Source of the DNA: Cyanophora paradoxa CCMP329
Lineage: Eukaryota > Plantae > Glaucophyta
DNA length: 64,000 bases
Direction: 5' to 3'
Assembly: GCA_004431415.1 (NCBI GenBank)
Contig: QPMI01000627.1
Span: 124,001 to 188,000 of the forward strand
The notes under the pieces were generated by a model. It saw nothing but the letters and a program-made list of their open reading frames with translations. It was not told the origin of the DNA and did no database searches. Each line of letters begins with the position of its first letter. Position 1 is the stretch's first letter. Positions 40,789 to 53,198 of this stretch are shown here, piece after piece. A program made the translations under genes and the position numbers.

Positions 40789-41271
40789 GTATACGGCGTA
40801 CAACCGTAGTACTGAGTATACGCTCCGGATCCTTCCAGGACCTTCACTGAGTTCACTCACGCGGACCGTCCCAGCGCTAGCTAGCGTTGACGATCGTTCT
40901 CGCGCGCGTGCAGCGCAACGCGTACGGTCCGACGGTCCAGCAAGTTGGCGCTCTCCTATAGCTAGGCGTTCTGGAAGCAGGTCGCCGTCCGGTCCTCCTT
41001 CTACATCTCGCGCCGGCTAGCTCAACGCCGTATACGGCGTACAACCGTAGTACTGAGTATACGCTCCGGATCCTTCCAGGACCTTCACTGAGTTCACTCA
41101 CGCGGACCGTCCCAGCGCTAGCTAGCGTTGACGATCGTTCTCGCGCGCGTGCAGCGCAACGCGTACGGTCCGACGGTCCAGCAAGTTGGCGCTCTCCTAT
41201 AGCTAGGCGTTCTGGAAGCAGGTCGCCGTCCGGTCCTCCTTCTACATCTCGCGCCGGCTAGCTCAACGCCG
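40789..41271. repeat. Apparently exact 241-bp tandem duplication in a divergent intergenic region
   Basis: 40789-41029 is repeated at 41030-41270; it produces the near-identical twin ORFs in the track. Confidence 0.95.
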
Positions 41272-41455
41272 GCGCCGCCGGCACGCGTCAGTAGCCGCTT
41301 GCGCAAGATCGCCGACGTCGCACGTGTCAAGGCAACACCGCATTCTATCATATCTACACCTCACGCGCCCGCGAGGATCGCCGGCCGAGTGGAAGCTTCG
41401 CGTGCATCTGGGAATCGTCAGCGCTCAGCGGCTCAGGTCCTCAGAGAGCTCTGGA

Positions 41456-42646
41456 ATGTTTGCCCCGGCTCTCCCGCTCGCCGGCACGGGTTCTCCGAGC
41501 GCCAAGCGCGACTCGCTGCCGCGGCGGCCAAGCAGTAGCTGCCTTAGCGAGCCGGCAACCGCGGCGCAAAGCGCGGAGATTGAGGCGTCCTCATCGATGA
41601 CGGCCGCGCCAGCGCCGACAACAGCGGCATCGCTGAAGCGGACCTTCGTCCCAGCGAGCGAGCTGGACCTGTGCTCCACATTCGCGGGGCTCAGCTCCCC
41701 GCGGACGCCCTCGAGGCGGCGGAGGAACCTTCTGGGGTCGGAGGGCGCGTGCAGCCCGTCTCCCAGCTCGGCGGGGCCCCACTTGAGCCCCGCGCGGGCC
41801 TCGGGCGAGCCCAGCGCACCGGCCCCGCCCGCGCCGCCTCCGGCGGACGCGCCACTCCAGGCCTGCTCCTCCTCCAGCCGCTCACCCGAGATCGAGTCTG
41901 AAATCGACGCCGCCGCGAGCGGCAGCTGGAAGCGCAAGACCCCTTGGCAGCGCGTCAACGTGCCGGGTGCGGTCGCGAGCGCACGCTTTCTGTCAATCCG
42001 CCTCACGTGCGCGCGGCCGCAGTCTACGCGCTCTCGACGGTCGACGCGTTCGGCAAGAGCAACATGAACATCGCCTCGTACGTCACGGCAATCAGCGTGG
42101 ACCCGAAGATGTACGCGGTTTCGATCTTCCACGGCACGAAGACCCTCGAGAACGCGCGCGCGACGGGCCGCATCCTCCTGCAGGTCCGCGCGCATTCCGC
42201 TAGCGCTCCGCGTTCGCCGCCGCTGACCCGGCCCGCAGACTTTGGATGCCGAGGAGCACTACAAGCTCGTGAATCTGCTCGGGAAGCAGTCCGGGCGCGA
42301 GGTCGACAAGATGCGGGACCCGCTGCTCGCCGGAGCCACGGAGCAAATGAACGGTGCGCTCGGGGTGCCGCGCCGCTTGTCGAATCCGGGCCGGCGCGAA
42401 TCCGCGGCAGGGATCGCGTACCTTCGCGATGCTCTCTCGGTCGTGGAGCTCAAGGTCCGGCAGTGGGTGGAGGCCGGTGCGTCCCGATCCGCCCGCGGCC
42501 GGACTTGATCCGAGGCCGAATTTGAATAATTTGATCCAGGTGACCACGAGCTCGCCGTCTGCGACGTGGTCGGCTGGGCGAACCTCAACGACGGGCGCTC
42601 GCTCGACATGGACGATCTGAGGAGGCACAAGATCGTCCGCATATGA
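41456..42646 (+). CDS. Flavin reductase-like (DIM6/NTAB, FMN split-barrel) protein with a long Ser/Pro/Ala-rich N-terminal extension
   Basis: Spliced translation KTPWQRVNVP|VYALSTVDAFGKSNMNIASYVTAISVDPKMYAVSIFHGTKTLENARATGRILLQ|...LLGKQSGREVDKM...|GIAYLRDALSVVELKVRQWVEA|GDHELAVCDVV...HKIVRI*, including the GDH motif. Confidence 0.88.
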
Positions 42647-43211
42647 CCGTCGGACCGACCCGCTTGATTTGATTCCTTGCCGAGCCGCTGCGCCGGCCGC
42701 GGGCGTCGGCGCCTGCCCCCGAGGCGCCTCGAAACGTCTCGGAGAGAACTCGCCTGTACCGGGGCTCTTTGGTAGCCTAGTATACGTAGCCTTCGAGGCT
42801 TAGGTTAGGATTTGAAAGCTCCCCGGTACCCCCGGCCGCATCGTCGCATTTGAATTCTATCCAGCCCGCTTGCTGTGTACCGTAGTCGCTGAGTTTTCAT
42901 TCTTCTTTGCGAGTATGTGTTCCAATTCGCTTAATTTATAGGACCTTTCCACGTACCGATTTGATCTATTATTTGTTATAGGCACCAGCTTGAATCACTG
43001 ATCACGAATGTATTCGACATAATATGTTGATGCTTACACTTAGCTTCCGTAGCCTAGTAGCACCGTACTGCACTCTGGCTAGACGTCCCTACGAGACCCA
43101 GCTGTAGCTATAGCTAGCGCTAGTTTCACGAATCGTAGTATGTCACTGAGTCACGTGTGCAAGTCTATTTACAGAGCATCCGGTCCGACGGTCCGCGCGA
43201 GGGCAGGGCGG

Positions 43212-45610
43212 TCACTCTTCGGCGGCGGCGGCGGCCTGCGCAGCGCCGCCGGGGGGGCCGCCGCCTCCAGCGATGTACCGGACCCGCACGCGGGCGCCGG
43301 GGAGCCACCGGCGGAGCACGGCCGAGGCGTGCGGCTCCAGGGCCGGAGGGGCCCGAACGTAGAGCTCCAGGCGGGCCTGCCGGCAGTATACGTAGTGAGA
43401 TTCGATCTCGGATTTGAATTTGATCTCAAGGATCGAATCTCGCGGCGCACGGCGGGGCAGCGGAGGCGGACGCCCCGGAGGAGGGCGTACCCCCGCAGGT
43501 CCTCCTCCCTCCGCACGACGTTGCCCACCGCCACGTACCTGCGAACGAAGTCAGGGGGTACAGGGAAAGCCCGGGGTACGGGGGTCACGCGCACTCAAGG
43601 TGGGGGCACGAGGCGAGCGCGGCGGCCTCGTCGACCGAGAGGGGCCGCGCGGCGTGCTGCGGTACCCCGTTCAAAGGGGGGGGGAAGAAAGCGAGGCCGG
43701 GGTACAGGGCCCACCTGCACGTAGGACCACCAGCGGAGGGCGCGGGATCCGGCGCGGGCCTGGGCGCGGAAGCTCAGCTTCGGAAATAGTAGCCAGCAGC
43801 GAGCTGGCCTGAAGCTTTCTTTCTCCAAATTAAGATCTCAACGGCTCTAGATCAGATTGAAGGGCGGCGGGATCGCGCGCACGAGGGTGGCGGCGGCGGG
43901 GCCGGAGACGAGCCCCCGCTCGTCCGGGAGGTAGAAGGCGACATGAAGGGAGTTTAGCGCGGGGAGGCGCCCGACGGCGGCCGCGAGGCCGCGAAGCAGC
44001 GCCGCGCCCCGCGTCCGCTCCGCCCCGCCCGCCGCCGCCGCGTCCTCCTCTGTGTCCCAGAGGTGGACGCTGGATCGAATATGTTAGAGAGGGGGAAAGA
44101 ACGAAGGGGGGGTACAGCGCGCCTGAGCGCGAGGTCCGTGAGGCTGCCGAGGGCGCCCAGCCGCTCCGCAACGTCCGCGCTGTCCTCGTCCACCTGCGCT
44201 CCGGGTTCGAATCCGGGCGGGAAGGGGTTTCGAGGTTTTTTTGGGGGGGGTACGCGCCTCTATGGAGAGGGAGCGGAGGCCGTGCATCGCCGAGAGGGCC
44301 TCTACCCCGACCGGGCCGCACCTGCACCCGGTCAGCCGGTCAGTCAGTCACGGGGGTACGCGTGCGCTTCGGGGCAGCGCGGGGGGTACCGCACCAGAGC
44401 TCGTGGGCCTCGGCGCCGCGCGCGACGCGGCGGATGGAGCGGCCGGCGGGCCCGGCGGACAGGGCGGCCAGCCCGGGGCCGAAGTAGAGGTCGGGGGGAC
44501 CGTGGAGGGTCAGCTCCTCGAGGGCGGCGAGGGGCGCGAGCGGCTCGAGGGCCGAATCGTCGTCCCCGGCCAGGGCCAGCGAGAGCGAACGGAGGCGGGG
44601 TAGGGCCGCAGCCAGCGCCCCGCACTGCTCGGCGTGGAGGGGGAGGAGGGGGGGTAGGGAGAGGGACGCGAGGGAGGAGGCGAGGGGGGAGAAGAGCGCA
44701 GCCCAGCGGCGCCCGGGCGCCGGGGGAAGGTCGCGGTCCGGGCGGGTCGGCGCCTGCGGCGGGCGCGCCGCGGGCGAGTCGATCTCCAGGCGCTCGAGGG
44801 CAGAGGCAGGCGCGAGGGCGCTCAGCGCCCGCAGGAGAAGCCGCTGCGCCGCGGCGGAGGAGGGCAGCGCCGCCGGCGCCGCGTTCGGGCGGCGCTCGTT
44901 AGGCTCGAGCGCCACGCGGACGGCGCGCAGCTGAGGCTGCGGAGCCACCGCAGCCAGAAGATCCACAGCCGACTCCTGCGCATGCGGGCCGGCGCCGGCG
45001 CGCGCGTTCAAAGGCGGCGGCGCAGTCGGCAGACCGGAAGGCGGGCGGACCTGCGCGGCCGGGCTCTCCCACTCGACCCGTACGTCCAGAGAGGCCACTC
45101 CGCCCAGGAGCCCCGCGGCGCTCCGGTCCGCGAGCCAGCGGACGGCCGGCGGCGGCGGCGCGCGCACGTCGGCGCGGAGGGCGAGGGGCGCGCTGCAGGA
45201 GGAGAGCAGCGCGCGCCAGCGGGAGCAGACGGCGAGGAGGCGCGCGAGGGAGGCCGCGTCGCACGCGGGGTCCAGCGCGAGGAGCAGGACCGACTCGAGG
45301 ACGTCGTCGGGGAGCAGCGCGAAAAGGTCGGGGGCGGCGTGCGCGGCCGCTCGGGCGCGGCGCTCGCGTTCGCGTCCTCCGCTTGCGGCGTGGGAGGCGG
45401 CGGCGGCGGAGGCGGAAGCGCCAGGGGCGCCGGATCGCAGTCGGCGAACTGGGCTTGCGCGGCCGCCGGCCGCGCGGCGCCTCGCGCGCCCTGTAGGTGC
45501 ACATTCAGCTGCTGGAATCGGGAGCGCGCGCGGCTTCGCGCAGATTCCAAGATTCGCACCTGGGCAGCCGCGCCCGAGTTCTGGCGGTGGAGCGCGAAGA
45601 GAGACAGCAT
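43212..45610 (-). CDS. F-box / LRR-like protein
   Basis: F-box motif FALLPDDVLESVLL...LLAVCSRWRALL. LRR-like segments LPRLRSLSL, LAPLAALEELTL and LGSLTDLAL. Similar to the gene at 14-17 kb (GPAGRSIRRV vs SPAGRTLRSI). Confidence 0.8.
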
Positions 45611-45990
45611 GGCGGCGGCGAACTGCGCGTGCAAGAAGCGAGTCAGCTCGCACCGTTGATCTTTTCAGCAGGAAGGTGTGCTCGAGGCGCCGGATTGTGG
45701 TTTCCGGTCGCAGCGCAGCGCGCACTGCGGGGCGCACCAGTTGGTGGCTCCGACTCCAACGACGCCGCTTGCAAGCGAATGCGGTGCGCGAATGTCGGCG
45801 CGCTTTGCTTTTCAAGTAATGTGCTTTGGGGGGTACGCAGAAGTGAGCCATTCGAATTGAGCCGAGCCCCCGTCCGGCTGCAGCCAGCTAGCGTGCCTGC
45901 CTGCACTTGCCGAGTCCAGCTAGCGCGCTGCGAGCGATGAGGCCAGCCGCAGCTCTGCCTCGTGCGTTCGAGCCGCTCGGAACCGCAAAG

Positions 45991-48900
45991 ATGACGGCTT
46001 CCCCGAGCGAGCTCGGGAGCAGCGGTTCCGATAGCGACGAGGGCGCCGAAGAGAGCATTCAGTCCATCCTGGATCGCGTCCGCGCCCTGCCCGAGTACCG
46101 CGAGTATATGCGGAAGATGCGGGAAGAGGAGCGCGCGCGGGGCGAGAGCAGCGGCTCCTCCCCGCCGGCATCGCCAACACGGAAGAACGCGCCGCCGACC
46201 GTAAGGAGAGACGACGCGCTGCGCTTGAGCGGCCCGTGGGCCTCGGCGGCGCGGCGGCTCTCTCTCCGGCAGAGCATGGACTCGATCCGGACGGCGATCG
46301 GCGACGAAGCGCACTCGAACTTCCGGTGCCTGCGGCGGGCCCTGCGGGCGTGGCGGCACCGAGCCGCGGCGTGGAAGCGCAAGCGCGAGTGCATCGTACA
46401 GGCGGCGAACCACTGCTTCAGGCGGGCGTGCAGGTCCGGCCCCGCCCCCGCGCTCGCGCGCAGCGCAGAGCCGACGACGCGGCGCCTCCGGCAGGAACGC
46501 GCTAAGGACCTGGAGGGGCAACGCGCGGTCGCGGCGACTGGCGTGCCTATCCCGCGCCTGGCAGCGATGGGCGGGCACGGTCGCAGAGACACGCTGGTGA
46601 GCCGCTGAGGCGGGCGGCCCTGCTCGCCCCGGGCCGACTCGATTTGCAGGGAAGCGTACCTCGAATCGCTAGCTACGGAGATGGCCCACAGGCGGGCGCG
46701 GCGGGCGCACCGACGCGTTTTCCGTGCGTGGCGGGGCTACACAGGCGAGCGCGGCCGGCGGCACGCCGTCGGACGGGAGATCGAAGCCGCGCGCCGCGGG
46801 GCGGCGCTCGCGACGACGTGCGTACCCCCCTCTCGCTCCGCGCATTCCCCGCCTTGGCTTACTTACTGCTTCTTCTGCCTTCGTTCGCAGATTTCGAGCC
46901 TGGCGGGACGGCCTGCCGGCCCTGCGCCGCCTCAACTGGTGCGAGTCGGTCGCGGATCTGTTCCGGAGGCGCCGGCTGCTCCGGGGCGCCCTCGTGCAGC
47001 TCCACCTCCTCCTCCTGCATCGGTACCCCTCCCCCCGGCCCGTCCCCCACCGTACCCCCCAACGAACCGCCGCGCCGCAGGTGCCGGGGCCTTAGGCGGG
47101 CCAAGCTCTTCTCCCGCGTTCGCCTCTGGAGGCGGGTTTTCCTTCCGTGGGCGGCGCTGGCGAGGGCAAAGCAGGCGGCGCGAGCCGAGGCGGAGGATAG
47201 GGGCCGGCTGGCCCTCGCGGGGCGGGCGTGGCGCAGCTGGGCGCAACACACGGCCCGCCGGGTCCGCGCTTTGTCCCGGCTCTGTCCGTCCGCCTGTCTG
47301 TCTGCCGCGCCGACGACGCGGGGCGCAGAGGCGTGAGCGAGTGGCGGCGGGGCGGGCGCTGAATTTCAGGAGGCGCCGCCTGCTGGCGGCCGGCCTCCAG
47401 GGATTCTGCGCCGCGCTCGGCCGGGCGCGGGAGCGGCGGTGGGAGGAGGCCGCCGAGCGCGCGGCGGAGGCCTTCGCTCAGGGGCGGGGCGCCCGCTTGC
47501 GGGCGGGAGCCGCGCTCCGCCGCTGGTGCGTCTTCCATCCTGTCCGCTCATCTTCTTCCGAGCCATTCGATCTAAGCGGCCGGGCGGCGGGTGGCAGGGG
47601 CAACGGGGCGCGGGCGGCGCGGCGGGAGGCGGAGCTCGCGCTGCGGGCCGACGCGGCGGGGGCTCGCCGCGCTGCCGCCGTCGCCCTCCCGCGGGCCTTC
47701 GAGGCACTTCGTTCGCATTCGCGCAGCGCCGCCCGCAAGCGGCTGGGGCGGCAGGTGACCGTTCCTCTCTCCTCTCCTGTCCTCTCCTTTCGATCCGCCC
47801 TGCGCAGCTGGCCGACGCGTTCTACGCGCGGCGCCTCGCGGCGAGGGCGCTGGAACGCTGGCGGGCGGCTTCAAGGCTCGGCCTCCTGCGGCGGGTGCGC
47901 GCCCCCGCCCGGCGCCAACTCCTACGGAGGCTAGAACGAGGCTTTCTGATTGCTACGTCTTCTGAGCCTTTTTATATTGCAACAGGCGGGGGAAGACGTC
48001 GCATCCCTTTTCTACGAGGCGAACCTCAGGCGGCGCGCCGCGGCGGCGCTCCGCGGCTGGCGCAGCGCGGCGTCCGAGGCGGCCGCCGGGAGGGACGCGG
48101 CGGCCGCCCGCCTGCGCGAGCTGAGTGCGCTGCGAGCTGAGGACTAGTACGCCTGGGCGACCTTCTGACGCCCCTCGCTCGTTTTCGCTCGCAGCCGTCG
48201 CGGCGCGTGCCTTCGCTCGCTCCGGGCGGCCGTGGAGGGTTCTCGGGAGGCGCAGGCGTCCGCGTCGCGTCGGGCGGAGGGCGCCGCCGCGCGGCGCGCC
48301 CTTCGCGGGTGGCGCCGCGAGGCGGCCGAGCGCGCCTCCCGCCGGTCCCTCCTTGACCAGGTCGGCTGCCTTCGCACTCCCCTCCCGCCCCGAACGAATT
48401 TTAAGCGCGCCCCGCAGGCCCTTTCGCGCCGCCGGGCGGCCGCCCTGTCGCGCTGCTTCGGCGCATGGGCCTCCGAGGTGCGCTGATCCCCCTCCCTCCG
48501 CCGTGTCCCTGTACCCCCCTCCCCGCCCGACGATGCCGCCTGCAGGCCGCCTCCTCGCCCTCTCGATCGCCCGGGGGTACCGCCCCCCCCGCGCCTCAGC
48601 AGTGGTCGTTTCCGTACCCCCCCCGGGCCGTCCCAGGATCGGCTTCAGAATCCTCCGAGTCCGAGCCGGCCGACATCGTACCCCGGCCCTGGCGCGCCCC
48701 CGTACCCGGACCTCGCACCGCGTACTGGGTACAGCACGCATCCCTGGCCGCCGCCGCTCCGCCCTCCCCGTACCCCCCTTCCTCCTCTTCTTCCCCCGCC
48801 TCGCAATCCCGGCCTCTCTTGCGCCCCGCCCGCCCGGGCCCGGGCCCCGTCAGCACCTCTTCCCCCCCCTCCTCCGCATCCACGCCAACGCGGAGATTTT

Positions 48901-49323
48901 TGCGACCGCCGGAATCTCTCTCCGGGGGGTACGACACCGACGAAAACGACCCCGCCGTGGTGCGTCCGTACCCCTGCGCCTCGCGGCCCCGTTGACCTCC
49001 CCCTTTCCCCGCCCCCCATCCAACGCAGCGCCGGGGTACGCGTGCTGCCGCCGTCTTCCACCAGCGGTCCCTACTGGTCCGACACTTCCTCACCGTGCGC
49101 GTCCCCTGGCCCGGGGGGGGGCTTTGTGTACAAATTCGAATTTGATCCGCTCGGGCGCCGACACTCGACTTCTCCCGTTCATGCGCAGTGGCGATTCGCA
49201 GCCCTGGCCGGCGCCGCGGCATCCGACCCGGGATCCATGATTGCGGACCCCCCGCCCAGGGGAAACGTGTACCCCCGCCGCCTCTGGTCCCCCGCCTCTT
49301 CGGCGTCGTGGTCGACGCCGTGA
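45991..49323 (+). CDS. Sfi1-like centrin-binding repeat protein
   Basis: Many Arg/Ala-rich helical repeats ending [LF]xxW: RRALRAWR, RRVFRAWR, RRVFLPW, RAWRSW, AALRRW, RALERWR, AALRGWR, RALRGWR, RCFGAW. Low-complexity Pro/Ser C-terminus; the end is approximate. Confidence 0.7.
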
Positions 49324-50914
49324 TATCGATCGGATGGTTCGTGCATTTCAGAGCAGCCGAGATCTAGAGCAAAGACGCTTTAATCTTTGGTCCCGTGCAA
49401 ATGCCTGAATGAAACTGAGCCTCGTCTACGTATACGCGTTATAATTAGGGTCCGATGGTCCGATCGCGACATCCGATGATGTCTGACGGTCCGATCGCGA
49501 GGCTCCGGATCCGGATCCGGATCCGGATCCGGATCATCGAATTCTATGCTTTTTTTTGAGAGACTACGGTGGGGCGAACGGTCCGCGAACCCCCCGTAGC
49601 CTGGGCCGTAGGTAGTGATATTAAGGAGAACAAAGCAATCACAATCCGATATAGGTCATATATATATGCATCATATATGCACTGCGGCATGGCATCAGAT
49701 ATCGATGCATATGATCATGCGAGAGCTCGAGAGGATGCATCATGGGATTCATGGCATATATATGCCGCGCGCTGGCGCCATGCGTATGCACTGCGGCATA
49801 CATGTACATGATGACGTCGACTCAGTGAACTTCGAATTCGCGATCGCGCCGCGGCGCCGGCGATCACATGAGCTCTGCGAGCTGCTTTGGACTTGAACCG
49901 AGGCAGCCTGCCTTGGCTGCCCTAGGGGGGTCTGAGGCCCCTAGCTAGGCAGCGGAGGCATTTTGCCTCATTTTTTTCTGCCTTGCCTAGATTGCACAGT
50001 CCAGACTTTCAAGTTACTAGTACTAGCCTAGTAGTAGTAGGCAGGCTAACGCATCTGCCTGCAGTCTGCAGAGGCGGTCCATGCTGCCTTTTTCAAGTTG
50101 GATTTTCGACGCAGTCGTAATCAGCCAATCGCGTAACTTGGAGACCGAGGCAGAGGCACGGTGGATATCGATCACGCTCCGGCAGGCCCCCGGCCGCGCG
50201 CCGCCGCGGCGCCGGCTATACTGTAAAGCAGGAAATATTTGAGACCCCAAAATGTTTAGTACTAGTAATTCCGTGGTTTGGTCGGTTTAGTAGGCCTAAA
50301 ATAATTAAGAGTTGGTCGCGGAAGCCTTTAGCAGGGGGTTCCGGGGTGCGCGTGGGCGCGGCGCGTGCGAAACTAATTATATAATGCTGAAGAAATGTAT
50401 GCTGCGAAACTAATATTAATGCTCATGCGTTCTTGAAATCGAAACTTAGCATTCCTACCACAATCATTTGATTGCGCTCAAGCCCAACACGCAAATGGCC
50501 GAGCAAAAAAAAATGCCAAGTTCTACCCTTGCTCGGTACACTTTAATTTGACATGTAGGGTGCGCATAAGAAACTTGGAATTCGAAAGAACTCGGGATCC
50601 GGAGGCTCGAAAAATAGATTACACATAGCTATAGCACGAAACTGCACTGAGGCAAGGAATCGGAAACGAAAGAAGCACATGTACAGTCCTGCTTACACTT
50701 ATAAATTAAACGTTGCGGGTTTTATTGCAAGGGGGGAAAAGAAGACCGAAGGTCTTCCCCCCCTTGCTTCCCGTTCCCTCGCTTCAGCCAAAATTCTTCT
50801 ATGAGGCCGTTTTCGAGGTCCAGTTTGCAACGCGGGAAAAAAATGGGTGGAAATTCGCTTGCAGCGACACGTGTTTGTCGCTGCGGCCGTCCATGCAAAA
50901 AAAGGTTTTCGAGG

Positions 50915-51545
50915 GCGAAGACCAGTTTTCCTTGACTTGAAGCCTGGAAACCAGCTTCTCTCACATTCCGATCTTCGAATTCCTTCCGCGGTTCTAGCGA
51001 AGACCAGTTTTCCTTGACCTGAAGCCTGGAAAGCAACTTCTCTCTCATTCCGGTCTTCGAATTCGTTCCGCGGTTCTGCATGGAACCAGTTCTCCCTATA
51101 GCTAGCTGTCTCCTGTAGATTTCGGCTTCCTCGCAGTGCGTTGCTTACGCCTTGCTCTTCGTTGCGCGGTTCTGCATGGAACCACTTCTCCCTAGCTGTC
51201 TTGCTCGATCTCCTCTAGATTTCCACTTTCTCGCACTGCGCCGCGTACGCCGCACGGAATTTCTTAAAAATTATCCCTTCTGCATGGAACCAGTTCTCCC
51301 TATAGCTAGCTGTCTCCTGTAGATTTCGGCTTCCTCGCAGTGCGTTGCTTACGCCTTGCTCTTCGTTGCGCGGTTCTGCATGGAACCACTTCTCCCTAGC
51401 TGTCTTGCTCGATCTCCTCTAGATTTCCACTTTCTCGCACTGCGCCGCGTACGCCGCACGGAATTTCTTAAAAATTATCCCTAGCTGTCTTGCTCGATCT
51501 CCTCTGGATTTCCACTTCCTCGCAGTGCGCCGCGTACGCCGCACG
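50915..51545. repeat. Internal tandem repeats of the Helitron-like element (82 bp x2; ~204 bp x2 plus a partial copy)
   Basis: Units start at 50915/50997 and 51074/51278. Confidence 0.9.
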
Positions 51546-52414
51546 GTACCCGTGCCGCCTGATCTACTTTTGACTGCATCAAGCTTGAACCGCAGCACGT
51601 GCACCGAAGCACGCGCAGCCCGTGGGCCGCATTGGCCCGTACCGCGTAGCTTTTCCTCGCGGTCCAGCCTCTGGTCGCAGCCGTATCGCTGCGCCGACCT
51701 CGTTGGCGCCCCGGCCGCTGTCCCTTCGCGCCGGGCGGTCTTGCGAGCTGACCAGCTCTTGCGAGCGCACCAGCGGCAAACCGATCGCGAGCATTCGAGT
51801 TGCGAATAACAAAGAGCGGCGCATGTGCAGCTGCAGCGCGTGAACAGTGAGTAAGCGCGATCATTGCGTGCACGAGAATCCGGGCGTGAACTGAGCTTCG
51901 GCACTGAGCTTAAGCAAGAGAAAGCGCCTCAGCAGCCAACAAGAGAAAGTTAACATGCGACGAGGGCGCAAAGTTGCTGCAGAGCTGCCTGAAGGCATCG
52001 TTGAAGGCGAGAGCATACAGTTAGAGCGTTGCGGCACTGGGGCTTGCAACGGCGGGCTTTGCCTGCTTTGCCCAGCCGCAGGGCGCGATCACACCGCGGC
52101 GCCCAGGCTCTCGAGCCAGAGCGCGCTGCACGCGCCGCCGGCTCGATCGATACAGTTCTCGAAGACGAGATGCATGCATATGACACCCTTCCGTTTCCGA
52201 CTGGCGCCCGTTTCACGTGCGTGTGCTGCAGCCGCATATGCATTCACGCATTCCTCAGCCTGACGTCGACACCAAGAGTAGCGAGAGAAGCTGACGCCGG
52301 CGCAGTCGCGAGGACCTCGAGCACAAGTGCAACGCGTCGAACCAGGTGCGACCGCCGAGCGGCCTCCGTCTCTGAAGTCAGCATCATCTGAACCATCCGC
52401 AGCTCCCCTTCGCG

Positions 52415-53198
52415 ATGGAGGTGGCCGACAGTGTCTTCCGCTGCTACGTGATGTCGCGGCCGGCTTCGGGACCGCCTCTGGCTGTTGGGGGGCTCGTCGT
52501 TGCCTCCGCCGACGACGCCTCCTGGCTCGGCCTCGCGCTCGGCCGGCTTTCTGCGGGCGCCGTCGCGCTTGTGCTCCCGCCGGACGGATACCGACACGCC
52601 GCATCCACCTGGCCGTCAGAAGCGGCCCCCGACGTCGCCGGTCTCGTGTCCGTGCTCGGAGCGGCTGAGAGGCCCCTGCTCATCCTCGTCCGCGAGCTCC
52701 CCGACCGGCCTGGCTTCCCCCCCATCCGCGAGGAGGCCGTCGCCTTCGCTTTAGCAACCGTCGAAGCACTCGCGGCTGCGCGGCAGGATCGCTTCGTCGT
52801 TCGCTTTGTCGGGTGCGCGAACATTCATTCAACTGCACTGCCCATATCTAGATCTCGCGTCTGTTTCATGATTGCCACGGCAGACCTGCAATCGAGGACC
52901 TCCACATGGGAGTCCTCACGCGCCTCCGAGACGCCGGCCTCGTCGATATCGAACTTCAAGACCTTGTCTACCAGATGCGCGGCGGAAGCGAGCAGCGCGC
53001 CAGCCGCGTGGCTCAGATCTGCAGGCGCTCGAGGCGGCGGGCCGCCTCACCATGCTCTCCCAGCAGGGCCCTCTTCAGGACCGGCGCCGCTGGCTGCCGC
53101 TCACCCGCACGGCCGACTTCCGCCCCGACCCCCTCCAGACGGCCTGGATCGCCTATGTTTACGGCGAGCCCTCTGCAGACAGCACCATCATTTTTTAG
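52415..53198 (+). pseudogene. Cargo gene or gene fragment of unknown function inside the element; possible frameshift near 53010
   Basis: Coding-like exon MEVADSVFRCYV...FVVRFVG, a GT-AG intron at ~52813-52883, then PAIEDLHMGVLTRLRDAGLVDIEL. The most protein-like continuation (LQALEAAGRL...TIIF*) is in another frame. Confidence 0.5.

Noticed and set aside
49895-50290. Possible additional MITE (GAGGCAG/CTGCC-rich, local hairpins)
   Set aside because: I could not define matching termini or a TSD.
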